NCBI RefSeq assembly: GCF_964213995.1
Contig: NW_027590120.1
Span: 124,001 to 188,000, forward strand
Direction of reading: 5' to 3'
Length of the DNA stretch: 64,000 nt
Source of the DNA: Mustelus asterias
Lineage: Eukaryota
Shown here: positions 26,111 through 38,744 of the stretch, piece by piece
How positions within the stretch are numbered: the first letter of the stretch is position 1
How the letters are laid out: every line of letters starts with the position of its first letter
The notes under the pieces: model-generated
What the model was told of the DNA's origin: nothing
Database searches by the model: none
Seen by the model: the letters and a program-made list of their open reading frames with translations, nothing else
Program-made: the position numbers and the translations under genes

Positions 26111-26944
26111 ATGGGCTCGTGTCTCTATGTTGCATTCGTTTGTGACCCTCTCTCTGCTTACCATACTCTAACTAAACTCCCTGCTGTTTCATATTAAATA
26201 AGGCCCTGTCTCTGTTCATATTGCACTAGGCATTTCCTCTTTCTATTTTCACATCGGCTCTGCCTCTGTTAGTATTGAATTGGACTATACCTACGTTTAA
26301 ACACATTAAAACGTGTTTCAGTTTACATTAAACAAGACGCTGTCTCTGTGTATATTACACCTTACCATGTCTCTGTTCATATTAAACAAGGTCCCTTCTA
26401 CCTCTGTTTTTAGTAAACAATATGCTGACTTTGATTTAATTAAGACCTGTCTCTGTTCGTATTACGTTAGATGCGGTCTCAGTTCTGCGCTCGACCATTT
26501 ATCTGTTTATATTAAATTGGACCTGACCTCAGTTAGTACTGCCCGAGACCATGCGCAATGACGTGGAACGCGACATGGGGTGGAAAAAATGAAGGTAAGG
26601 CAGCAAAACGGAGGGAACATAAGAATATCAAATTCTCGAGAGCAATGATCAGCGCTGTCTAATTAAACGCCATAACGTTTCTTGCAAACATTCTAGATTT
26701 GCCAACTTGCAACCCAAAACACTCTGGCGTTCTTGCAGCTGTTCAAATTGTACAATCAAAATGCTATTGTCGGCGTCTAGTTAAATACAGCAAGGGAATA
26801 AAATAGTGTAACGTAAACAGAGGACAATGACATCAGAAATTGAGATAGCTCCTGCTGTTGCAGCAACATTCTTTCCCTTCACGACGGACACATATTAGCT
26901 GCCTTTTGTAACATCGACAAGATGCACACAGCAACTCGCCGAGG

Positions 26945-28137
26945 TCACAGAAGACAGAGGGTGGTAGTGGAAGAGTCTTTTTCCGGCTGGAGGCCTGTGA
27001 CTAGTGGTGTTCATGATGTGGAGATGCCGGCGTTGGACTGGGGTAAACACAGTAAGAAGTTTAACAACACCAGGTTAAAGTCCAACAGGTTTATTTGGTA
27101 GTAAAAGCCACACAAGCTTTCGGATTTTTTAGTGGTGTTTTTTAGTGATGTTCCGCAGGGCTCTGTATTGGGACCTCTGCTGTTTGTGATTTATATAAAC
27201 GATCTGGAAGAAGGTGTAACTGGGTGATCAGTAAGTTTGCGGACGACACAAAATTGGCAGGACTTGCAGATAGTGAGGAGCATTGTCAGAGGCTACAGAA
27301 GGATATAGATAGGCTGGAAATTTGGGCAAAGAAATGGCAGGTGGAGTTCAATCCTGATCAATGCGAAGTGATGCATTTTGGTAGAAATAATGTAGGGAGG
27401 AGCTATACGATAAATGGCAGAACCATAAAGGTTGTAGATACGCAGAGGGACCTGGATGTGCAAGTCCACAGATACTTGAAGGTGACGTCACAGGTGGAGA
27501 AGGTGGTGAAGAAGGCATATGGCATGCTTGCCTTTATAGGACGGGGCATAGAGTATAAAAGTTGGGGTCTGATGTTGCAGATGTATAGAACGTTGGTTCG
27601 GCCGCATTTGGAATACTGCGTCCAGTTCTGGTCACCACACTACCAGAAGGACGTGGAGGCTTTGGAGAGAGTAGAGAGGAGGTTTACCAGGATGTTGCCT
27701 GGTATGGAGGGGCTTAGTTATGAGGAGAGTTTGGGTAAACTGGGGTTGCTCTCCCTGGAAAGACGGAGGACGAGGGGAGACTTAATAGAGGTGTATAAAA
27801 TTATGAAAGGCATAGATAGGGAGAACGGTGGGAAGCTTTGCCCCAGGTCGGTGGTGACGTTCACGAGGGGTCATAGGTTCAAGGTGAAGGGGGGGAGGTT
27901 TCATACAGATATCAGAAGGACATATTTTACACAGAGGGTGGTGGGGGCCTGGAATGCGCTGCCAGGCAAGGTGGTGGAGGCGGACACACTGGGAACGTTT
28001 AAGACTTATCTAGATAGCCATATGAACGGAGTGGGAATGGAGGGATACAAAAGAATGGTCTAGTTTGGACCAGGGAGCGGCACGGGCTTGGAGGGCCGAA
28101 GGGCCTGTTCCTGTGCTGTATTGTTCTTTGTTCTTTG
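26945..28137 (+). mobile_element. CR1/HER1-like LINE, 5'-truncated, same family as 21474-24072, interrupted by a Penelope-like insert
   Basis: ORF 27224-28063 from FADD to the C-terminus; same 3' tail. Confidence 0.9.
27013..27124 (-). mobile_element. Short Penelope-like terminal fragment inserted in the CR1
   Basis: ATGATGTGGAGATGCCGGCGTTGGACTGGG...AAGCTTTCGGA, flanked by repeated target TAGTGGTGTT (27002 and 27130). Confidence 0.7.
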
Positions 28138-29104
28138 AGACTTCTTCCACAGCACCTTCCATATCCGTGACCTCGAGACTAACAAGGGCAAGCGAAATAG
28201 GGAAAGATACTTCTTTGCATCCTCCATCACAAACAGCCCTATGGAGTAGAACTGCAATTTTGCCCGGGCACCAAGATGCCACAATTGGCCAAATGCTATG
28301 TTGATGTCAAAGGCAGGCAGCCTCACTTCACCTCTTTAATTTAAACATTTCCTTCATATTTGGATTAGAATTAAATGTTTTCTGGAACGGAGTGTTCCTG
28401 GTGGGACCGACGCCGAGCATCGTTGAGCGGATTATTGCTGAGTCAAAGCTACTTGATAGGATGATGCTTCAAACTTCCCATTACGTTGATCAAGCAAGGA
28501 TTGATGGGGCGGTAATTGGCCAGGTTAGATGTGTCCTGCCTTTTGTGACAGGGCATGTCTGACAATTATACACATTGTTGACGAAATGCCAGTATTTTAG
28601 TTGCACTTGAGCAGAATGGTTGGGGCACATCTAATTTCAGAGCACAAATCTTTCTTGGACTGGATTTGTCAGGACTGCAGAGGCAGCTCCTAGTCATAGC
28701 AATGCACTGGTGCAATATTAATTGAAACAGGATACAGTGCAATTTTAACCCCTAGAAACGAGATCTTTTCTACAATAAATACAGATGAATCCCAATATAA
28801 CATAAACAGACACAGTTTGCAGTGCAGCATTAATTGAGGCAATATCTGTTTCATGCAATGTGAACCATCAATATTTCAATTTCATCTGCTGGCCAAACTC
28901 TGCAATTGCAACTACTGTAAAAATGTCGCTGTCAGATATGATTTATGATATTACTGTATTAATAATCCACTTATGCAAATGTAATACCACATCGCTTTCT
29001 GCGGGAGGTGCCAAAATTTAAGGTGCGAATAATTTCAGGTATACATTGCTGAATAATGCAGGTTACGATCAGCACCACAGCAAAGTGCCTCAATTTCTGG
29101 TCAT

Positions 29105-29512
29105 AAAGAACAAAGAACAAAGAACAATACAGCACAGGAACAGGCCCTTCGGCCCTCCAAGCCCGCGCCGCTCCCTGGTCCAAACTAGACCATTCTTTTG
29201 TATCCCTCCATTCCCACTCTGTTCATGTGGCTATCTAGATAAGTCTTAAACGTTCCCAGTGTGTCCGCCTCCACCACCTTGCCAGGCGGCGCATTCCAGG
29301 CCCCCACCACCCTCTGTGTAAAGTACGTCCTTCTGATATCCGTGTTAAACCTCCCCCCCCCCCCCCCACGCCTCACCTTGAACCTATGACCCCTCGTGAA
29401 CGTCACCACCGATCTGGGGCAAAGCTTCCCACCGCTCACCCTATCTATGCCTTTCATAATTTTAGACACCTCTATTAGGTCACCCCTCACCCTCCGTCTT
29501 TACAGTGAGAAC
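29105..29512 (-). mobile_element. CR1/HER1-like LINE 3' fragment, inverted relative to the 26945-28137 copy
   Basis: ORF 29185-29490 is nearly identical to the C-terminus of ORF 27224-28063. Confidence 0.9.
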
Positions 29513-32025
29513 AACATGTATTTTAGTTCAACTTGGTTCAAGGGAGTAATGTTGACCATGCGTTGTTTGGAGACAATGGAAACTTTAATTTCCAGCTCAG
29601 CAAACATGTTGCTTGGAGAACTTGTTGGTTCGTAATTCCACCTGAAAGATAGTTGGGGTCATTGCCTTTCTGTCAACAAGGAATCAAAGCTGTCCCAGAA
29701 TTCAGTGGGAAGTGGAATTAAACCACACCGAGGAAAGTGAGCAGCTACCCAGCAGCCTCTGTGCTTTATTGACAAGTAATCACCCCATCATCACACAGAA
29801 ACTACTGACATACAACTGGAGTGTGTGATGATTTGTTTTGTGACAGACTAAATTAGACTATCTGAACCTAATGGGAAGTTGCAGAATCTTAAAACCCCGA
29901 TTCATTGTTGCACTACTTTGGAAAGTAATTTAACACTTGTAGCTGTCCATTGAATTTCAGTATATTTCTGTTCCCACGTTGTTAAGTTTTGAGCCTGTTG
30001 CCTTCACTAAATTGGGTGATGGTATTTTGAGGGATTTATTGTGCTTGAATAGACCACATGTACAAAATATTGCAATCCTTCATCCTCAACCAAATCCTGT
30101 TCCCTCTTTCTATCTTGGATATGAAGATTCATCATCACCAGAGAAAAGAACCATAAGTACCACAGCAAAACCTTCTCCTCTTACTGAGGTTCAGCTTGTT
30201 AGTTTCCGATAACTTAGTGTGACGTCAGTTCTCCGTTAAGAGGTGTTTTTTTTTAAATCACGATCTCTGCAGCTCACAGGCTTAGGTGATGTCCTTGTGA
30301 GAGGAGCGAACCTGTTGGCAACACAGGTGACAGGGATTCCATTTTAGTTTCAGTTTGTGAAATCGAGTGTTAAAAGCATCATGTTCTTCTCTCTCCCTGT
30401 TTGTTTATTTTGTATTTTGCACATTCTGTAGTTCAGCTGAAAACAAGATACTGCTTTCCTGAAGTCTGCTGTTTTGGGGGTGGGCCAGTATATCTCAGAT
30501 GTCTTGCAAATCCATCTTGTTTGCAAACTGCTCTGAGTCTCAGGAATATTTGGCTGCAGTCTCATAAGGAAAAGAAACGATCCCAGTATCAAGTGAACAT
30601 TCGTCTGTGCTGTGTTAAATCTGTGAAAAGAGCTTTTGTTGTCTATTGGTTTTGATTTTAATTGGAACACAATAGAGATATTCATTAAGAGTTATACATT
30701 ATAGTAGTTGCTTTGTTTCGTGTTTGTAATGGATAAAAGTCCTTGCTAATTTTATTGCCATACATGCTAACTATATTTGTAAATACATTTGTTCGATAGA
30801 AGCTCCATACTGGGTCATTTGGATCATACCTGAAGTGAAACATCTCACGCTTATCCTGGCCAAATTCAAGACACAACACTTATAATTCAGGCGGGTTTCA
30901 GAAAACACTTTGAAGTTTCTAACCTGAACCATGACACGAGGAATGGATTTCACCCAGAAGATCTCGAGAGATTCAAGGTATTAAACTCACATCACTGGAA
31001 AAAACTGAAAACTGCTTCATTCATGTTGTAGTCAAGCACAAGTATGAAACTGCAGAACAACATATCTTTCATGACCATCTATTGGTGCTTCATTCAACCC
31101 ATTCACTGATTCTTCAATCAAAATGTACATACATCCAAGTACCATATATTCCTAAATTAACACAATCCCTTTTTTTGGAAAGGTACTGGCATAATAGTAA
31201 TGTCAGCGTAAAAGTAATCCAGAGGCATCGCCAATGTCATGAGGGCACGGGTTTATATATCACCATGGCAGCTGGTGGTACTTCAATTCAATGAATAAAT
31301 CTGGAATACATACTAATGGTGACCAAGGTATCAGTTGTAATTCATCAGTGAAGGAAATCTGCCATCACTCGCAGGCCTCATCAAGATGCGGCTCCAGACA
31401 GATCGTAACGTGCTTGACTTTTCAATCTCTTCTGACATGGCCAAGCAAGCCAATCAATTCAAAGGAAATTAGGGACAGGCAGCAAATTCTGGTCTTGGCT
31501 GCAACTCCCACGTCCCAGGTAAGAACAAGCAGAAATAAAACATAAACATACATGTTTATGCATTACAAAATATATCCCCTGAGCTATCTCTCAGTGCATC
31601 TATATTTCTTTCTATCCATCCATCGCAATGTCCATGATGTGTTCGATAGATCATCCTTGTTGATAATAAGGTGTTAGAGAAGCTGCATACTTGCCCTTTC
31701 CTGATAGATGAGAACAATAGGTTTTTAACTTTAAAAATTAAATTGTCTTCAGTACTGTTGCTGGGTAGATTAGTTTATAAATAGGTCTCATTGACAATGG
31801 TAATAGATTGAAGTTTGCTTGCAGCCACGCGATCAGTACAGAGGAAACAGATTTTTGAACTCCTGCACAAACACTACCAGATGTTTCCTAAAAATAACAT
31901 CGGGCGTTTGACAGCAGGCTGGATTGTTGCCAAATACTGTGTGGGACAGATTGCCATGAATGTGAGTGGGGAAAATGGGATTCAAACATTTAAGCAATAC
32001 ATTTTTCATTATCGCAGAAAGGCAC

Positions 32026-32243
32026 ATTTTAAATGTCTTCTAAACAAATATTTTCAATGAATATCCTGTTCATTCTGGGATTAACTAGTTCAGAAAATAT
32101 TTTAAATGTCTTCTAAACAAATATTTTCAATGAATATCCTGCTCATTCTGTGATTAACTAGTTCAGAAAATATTTTAAATGTCTTCTAAACAAATATTTT
32201 CAATGAATATCCTGTTCATTCTGTGATTAACTAGTTCAGAAAA
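32026..32243. repeat. Tandem repeat, 3 x 73 bp
   Basis: AAATGTC recurs at 32031, 32104 and 32177 in near-identical units. Confidence 0.92.
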
Positions 32244-32839
32244 CAGCAGAGTGACTAGATGACATTTAATTTGTGTAACTTTCAATTAAATGTCATTCTA
32301 ATGATTAATGTCTGTTTGTCAACAACTTGATGAAATGCGAGAAAGAGATGTTAATGGTCACAATCCGTTAGTGTAATGAGATCGGTGTAATAGCAAAAAA
32401 TGAAAAGAAATAAAATTATAAGAAAATCATAAAATTGCCTTGAACAGCGGGGATTCTTGGAATATTCAGAAAGTTCTGCTCCTCATGTAAACGGCACGTC
32501 ACTTATACCTGATGAGCACCGTGTTCTGTTGTACAGTTTAATCTGATTTCGTTTGTTTAACAGTCGCTCTCACAGATGCCAACGAGTGCAGAAATGATTA
32601 GTTTCTAACTGATTCAGTGGTAGATAAAACCATTCATTCTTGTGATATTGTGTAATGTGCTGCAAAGTCCTGATACCCTGTGTTCCCAAGAACAGTGAAT
32701 GGTCGACAACCGGTGGCCAATAAAATGGGCTGCAATGATGTGTGTGCTGGAAGATACCTCTACTCGTAGCCCTGTCCGTTCTGATTCATTAACTTCTCTC
32801 TAAAGTCGATGCCGATTTTCTGTTTCTCCATTAGCTCAC

Positions 32840-33056
32840 TGCTTAATTATCAGACAAGCGGGTTTCTTTTGCAGCTAATCTTCAGAGGACTGCCTGAGGC
32901 TTACAGTTATTTTGAGGATAGTCAGGAGACATTGTGTAATGTTCTAATTATCAGTGCTTAATTATCAGACAAGCGGGTTTCTTTTGCAGCTAATCTTCAG
33001 AGGACTGCCTGAGGCTTACGGGTATTTTGAGGATAGTCAGGAGACATTGTGTAATG
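32840..33056. repeat. Tandem duplication with a 115 bp period
   Basis: TGCTTAATTATCAGACAAGC...ACATTGTGTAATG at 32840 and 32955. Confidence 0.9.
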
Positions 33057-33469
33057 CGAGGAGTTCGTTCTTATCTCCAAACCCAAATCGCACAGTGATA
33101 GCCATCCACACTGTAAATAGAATCACTTTGTTCATCCCCACATTTAGTTTCAGAAATCGATAACAATTCCCACTGATAAATTATGCTTTATTATTGTCAT
33201 GTGATGGAGACCTGGAATTACCCTCTGAAACTGTAATTTAATCATTTTCAATTTCGTCTTCTGCTGAGAGCCGTGGAAATAAAATAACTATATTTACAAC
33301 GGAATTAGTCTATTTTATGAAGAGATGATGAACTGCAATATCATCATTTCACACAATGAATCCATTCAGCCCAACAAATATCCCGATGCAGATAAAATGT
33401 CAATTTTAATATCAAACTATTGTAAATCTCGGAGTCCATTCTGTTGGGGGTGTGGAAGGTGGGACCTGG

Positions 33470-33545
33470 ATCCAGTCGCCGCCTGCAGCAGGGAATCAAC
33501 AGGCGGCGCCTGGAATGCCGCCCCCTGCTGCCGGGTATTTAAATG
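33470..33545 (+). promoter_or_regulatory. VH promoter: GC-rich motifs plus TATA-like TATTTAAA
   Basis: TATTTAAA at 33536-33543, ~90 nt upstream of the leader ATG; no octamer seen nearby, as expected for shark VH promoters. Confidence 0.6.
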
Positions 33546-33634
33546 CCGCTCACTGGGACCGGAAACCAACAGTCCGGGAGCTGGTTTGTTCACTGAGTTC
33601 CTGACATAACCATTTCCTCCATATGACCAGAAGG

Positions 33635-33680
33635 ATGAGGTCGGCGATTTCTCTCAGTTTGTTGCTGGCTTTCTTATCCA
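33635..33680 (+). CDS. IGHV: IgM VH leader exon
   Basis: MRSAISLSLLLAFLS + A|GTGAGT (phase 1); an in-frame upstream ATG at 33623. Confidence 0.93.
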
Positions 33681-33804
33681 GTGAGTAGTTTTTATTGTCC
33701 AAGACTCTCACTGTTAGCCACTGTTAACCAATCTCTGAAATGTTCCAGATTCAGCAATCATTTCGCCAGGATTAATCTTTGGGGATTTTGATATATTTTT
33801 ACAG

Positions 33805-34106
33805 GAGTCCAGTCGCAGGTTGTGTTGACTCAGCCAGAGGTAGCGACCGGGCGTCCCGGAGGCTCCCTGAGACTGACCTGTAAAACCAGTGGGTTCAATC
33901 TTGACAGCGACTGGATGAACTGGATCCGAAAGATTCCCGGACAGGGGTTGGACTGGCTCCTTGACTACACAAGTTCATCGAGCAACAATTACTCCCCAGG
34001 GATTCAGTATCGATTTACAGCGTCCAAAGACCTTTCAAGTAATACCTTCGCTTTGGACATGACTGGTCTGACGAACGAAGACACCGCCATCTATTACTGT
34101 ACATAT
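33805..34106 (+). CDS. IGHV: IgM VH exon (unrearranged)
   Basis: ag|[13 protein letters not shown]...[11 protein letters not shown]...[13 protein letters not shown]...RFTASKD...[10 protein letters not shown]; both Cys and the Trp are present. Confidence 0.96.
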
Positions 34107-34145
34107 CCCAGCGATAGGGACCAGGGCTGCCCCCGGACAAGAACA
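34107..34145 (+). other. VH 23-RSS with a mutated heptamer
   Basis: CCCAGCG + 23 nt spacer + ACAAGAACA. Confidence 0.85.
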
Positions 34146-34497
34146 GTTCGAGAAGGAATTTAACAACTTCCAACACAACCTGAAATTCAGTACCTCTTGT
34201 ACATGTAATATTAACTGCAATGATCTGAACCAGACAACTAGCTGATTCTTACCAAACTAACACAGCGAAAATGTAACGGTAAAACGTAACAGACAAACAT
34301 AGAAAACGGGGTTGGACTGTGGCTGTGGTTATATTTACTATTGACACTTTCAACACTTCCAGACCTGCAAATAATGCTTATTTTAATATTTCTGACTTTG
34401 TGATCGATAAACTGCTGCCTAACTGATAAATGAGATCAGAAATAACGTTCTATTTGAAGTGAATAGTGAGCGGCAGGACTGAACAGAGAGTGAGTGC

Positions 34498-34576
34498 AGT
34501 TTTTGTGCGGGTGTGTGTCACTGTGATATGTTGGGTCGAACTGGCAGGCACAGCTGTTACCGTCAATACAAAAACC
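34498..34576 (+). other. IGHD: Single DH segment (34526-34548) flanked by 12-RSS on both sides
   Basis: AGTTTTTGT-12-CACTGTG | ATATGTTGGGTCGAACTGGCAGG | CACAGCT-12-ACAAAAACC. Confidence 0.92.
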
Positions 34577-34893
34577 CCTCTCAGCACTTACTGATTGAGG
34601 CTGGATCAGTGTCACTTCTATAATCCAACTATAATTTCAGTATAGTACTCTCGATGATCAGCATTGCCCGAATGGCAAGAATTAAAATGCAAACTCGATG
34701 ATAATTGTTCGATTATCAGTTGTTGTTTTCAATAACATGTTCATGTGTTACTCTGTGAAATATAAATCATTAGGGTCATTTATGAAGAGCGAAAGGCATC
34801 CACAAATACAAATATAATTTTTTGAAGCTTCATTGATTTACTTGCCTTGTGCTTTGTGAATATTTAAAATAATGGTCTATTGTGTTTAGAGCA

Positions 34894-34932
34894 TGTTAAT
34901 GTATGGTGCAGCCCAGAGAATGTAACACAGTG
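34894..34932 (+). other. JH 23-RSS with a degenerate nonamer
   Basis: TGTTAATGT-23-CACAGTG directly before JH. Confidence 0.85.
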
Positions 34933-34979
34933 ACACTTCCCATCCTGGGGACAAGGGACCACGGTGACGGTGACTGCAG
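34933..34979 (+). CDS. IGHJ: JH segment
   Basis: HFPSWGQGTTVTVTA G|GTAAG, containing the WGxG motif. Confidence 0.95.
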
Positions 34980-37900
34980 GTAAGAACCGTGCACTTATTG
35001 AGCAACTGCTTCACTTGAGCCTTTGTTTTATTTTATTTCCTATTTTAGTAATTCATTAACTAATTGAAATGTGGGTTTGGTGGATTTTTTATTGAGATAT
35101 TTTGCAATGGTCCATGTGATTTTGCTGAAAGGGTTGAAAAGTTCTGCTGCTTCTTGACAATAGGTGCTGCTAAGTTATTTAATCTCTGGTTGCTGTGATT
35201 TGGTGTTTATCTGTTGAGGGCATTGTGTGGCTGGGTTACTGTAAATACCGAACTTCTGTTAAACAGTTATGCGTTTCTGCAATGTTTAAGCTCGGTGACA
35301 TCAAATAGCTGCGAGTTGTACCATCTACTGCACAAGTGTTTGAAATGTAACCCAATATTAACAAAATATGTTAAAATTGCTGTATTAATTTAGTGATCAT
35401 GTTCCGTCTGCTCACAAATCTCGTGTTGTTGTGGCATATTTCTGTCCATTTAATTATTAATTGGGTTTGTCATTAACAGATTGGCTGGATTTTATATTGA
35501 GATTCTCTGTCAATTTTACATTTGGTTCTGTTGAAAGTATTTGTGGAATTGAGCTGCTTCTGCATGAAATGGGGTTCAGTCCCTCAGTGATGTGTTTTTT
35601 TGTGGTGAGGTGGTTGTGTGTCTGGGTGACTTTGAATAAGTAAAATGTGTGAAATTATTTGGTGTTTCTGTATTGCTTCTGCATTGTTTACACTCGGTGA
35701 CACTGAGCAGTTACACTCTTTGTGATTGAATACAAACATTCAACACGTTTGAAACTGCTTGACGCATGATTGCAGGCAGAACTCAGGCAAGATTTATTGC
35801 AGTTTTTAAAAAAAATCTCAAATGATAATTCCAGATTAAACTAAGGCACGGTTTACGCCGTTCGTTCAGAACATAGTTTGTCACTGAATTCACAATTTGT
35901 GATACCTGCAATGTTTAATTTCGGTGGCATCTGATGGCTGCAGCTTTTCCCATCGAAATGTTTAAATATGTTTGATGTCTCTTTGAAATATGATCCAATA
36001 TGAATAAAATGTGATAAAGTTTCAATATTAATTTGTTGGACATATTCCACCTCTTCACAATATTATTGTTATCATTCCAGATTGCTGTTTAGTTTAATAA
36101 TTTGGTGACGAGCTCTTCTGCTGGATTCCGTATTGAGATCTTCGTGCGATGTTACATTTATTTCTGTTGAATGGATAATTGAGCTGCTTCTCCATAAAAC
36201 GGGGTTCATTCCCTCGGTGATGTGTTTTAGTATTTTTCTGCTGAGGAGATTGTGTATCTGGGTGACTTAAAATGTTTATAATTTGTGGAATGGTTTGGAG
36301 TTTCGGTATTGCTTCTGCATTGTTTAAACTGGTTGACACTGCGTGGTGCCACGTCTTCTGGTTCAATGCATTTGAAAATACTTTAGCACGATTGTCGGGG
36401 AAAAAACAGGCAGGTTTCGGAAAAAATGAAATAAAGATACACTTTTATAAATGTAAATGATGATTGCAGATTAAAATACAGCATGGCTGAAAAAAAATCA
36501 TTCAGAATATACTTCATTGCTACAATCAATACTTAATTAACAAGTTTGAAGTTTGTAGAGTGAAATTAATATAATTGAAACAATTGCTTCGCGGTAATGT
36601 ACTCCTTATTCACCAAAAATATTTGATGTTGATATCATTAATCCCCTTTCACAACTATGCTGTGCATTGCACACAATTAACATAAACGAGAAAGGTTCTA
36701 GGCTGAAAACATTTTGTGATTATTTCTGAAACTATTTCAATGAGTACAGGCTGATTCTACATCAACGTTTAGTTCAACAAGATATTTTGAAATAATCGTT
36801 TTGCGCTAATTAAGTTTACCGTCACTTAAATAGGAGTTTTACATTGCAGTTTGGTAATGTATGTATCCTGTTATTGCATTTCTTTTCGGTTGCAGGCGCA
36901 GCCAAATTATTGCTTTAAAGTAATATGTAGATAGATAATTAATCACTACTCTAATCTTAAACAGTTTTCTGAGAGCTGAAGTTCGCTAGCATGAAGTAAT
37001 TGTTCATTTGGTTGTTTTTGAATTGTGGTAAGGTGTCGACAGGTGCTAGCCAGACAACGGCAAGTAAATGCTTGAAATTCACACTGATTAGTTTAATTAC
37101 GGAAGTTTTATATTAGTTCTGCTCCTAGCAATAACATTCTGTCTTCCAATACTGCTGCAGACAGAATAAAATGATAGGAAGAACAAATGTCAGCACAGAC
37201 GAATTTACTCAATCTGAAACTTCTGTTTAATTATTATTAAATATTAAACTGAAGAACAAAATCTCGACTTATTTTTCATCATGTCTCAGTCTTGCAGAGG
37301 ATTTGAATAAATTGTCCTCATTGTGTTTTGTACTGTTTTATGTGTAACTTTTTCAATTAAACAATATGATCAACAATTTAATTACAGCAATGATCTGAAT
37401 GATTAAATCAAGGAAGCAATTTTATTGATCACAAACAGCCATGCTTTACAGTATACTTGGGCCTTGAAGTATGCATTTTTAATCAATTTGTGGGTAAATA
37501 GAAGGCTTTTCGTAAAAGACAAAAATCAAATAATAAAATGTGAATAGATGAAGGTAAAATTATTAAAGATGTCTGAACGTTTCCATCCAGTAATTTGATG
37601 TTAATTGTTTAACACTGTTTAAGATTTCGTTGAAACCCAATTACTTAACAACGTTCTATGCAGAAGGGAGTTTTGAATTATTGAGAACTGTTTTTTATTA
37701 TATAAAACAAATCAGCTGACAGGAGAAAGAACTGGCAATTAATAATAAGTTATATATAATATTCGTGCTAATTAATTCAACAAAAATGACCTCCAACAAT
37801 CAAATTTAACGGTTTTAGAGAATATTTAATTGTATGGAAAATGAATTCAGAAAACAATACATTACTCAGCTGTAATCTGCTCTATAAGGTGTTTTGCTTC

Positions 37901-38744
37901 GATTATTTTGTTGATTACAGTTAATTAAGAAATTAGATCGAATCAGGTAATGATTTTCAATTTAAATATTTCCTGGTTTGTTTAATTCTTACTGTAACAC
38001 CATATCTGTTAGGGAAATTAAACTACACTGAATCTGTTAAATTCGATGTGCTCATTTTCAGCGAAATTGCATTTTTCTGCCCAGTTTTCGAGATTTAAAA
38101 GAGACAGGGGAAAATTATTAAAAGCTGACCCACCGGCCCTGGGAATATTGGATTTTACAGTGTAATTCGATTTTACAGTCGCTTGCGAGGCCAAAATTTG
38201 ATATCTTTCGCAAGGGTCAAATTTTGACTTGAAGTATCCTTGAATGACTGCAGTCCATGTGGTGCCAATGTATCTGCTGTGCTGTTGCAGAGGAAGTCCC
38301 AGGACTTTGACCCAGCGACAGTGAAGCAACAGCGATATTGTTTCAAATATAGACTTGCAAAGGATATAGATCGGGTGGTAGTCCACCCCCCCCCCCCCAA
38401 CCAACCTCTCTCTCTCTCTCTCCCTCACACACATACGCACACACAGACATGCACACACCCGAACACACACACACACACCCTCTCACACATGCACACCCTC
38501 TCTTACACAGAGGCTCACTGTCCCATACACGTACACGCTCAGGCTCTCATACATAATCTCTCTTTCTTATCCACACTCACACACATTTATACATGTCTCT
38601 CACACATTCGCCCTCACATACACCCAACACACAATCTCTCTCTATACACACACAGTCATACGCACGCACACTATCTCACACACGTTTTTTCACATTTTTT
38701 CTCTCATTTTTTCTCTCTCATTTTATCACAAACACGCACTCGAC

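Noticed and set aside
30219-31030. CRE site TGACGTCA and short ORFs as a possible extra gene
   Set aside because: No recognisable protein motif or consistent exon structure.
32026-32243. Regular repeats suggesting a CRISPR-like array
   Set aside because: Head-to-tail units with no unique spacers, in vertebrate DNA.
34146-34497. A second D (D1) between VH and the observed D
   Set aside because: No paired RSS found; GACTGTG/GGCTGTG at ~34315-34327 lack a nonamer at 12 or 23 nt spacing.
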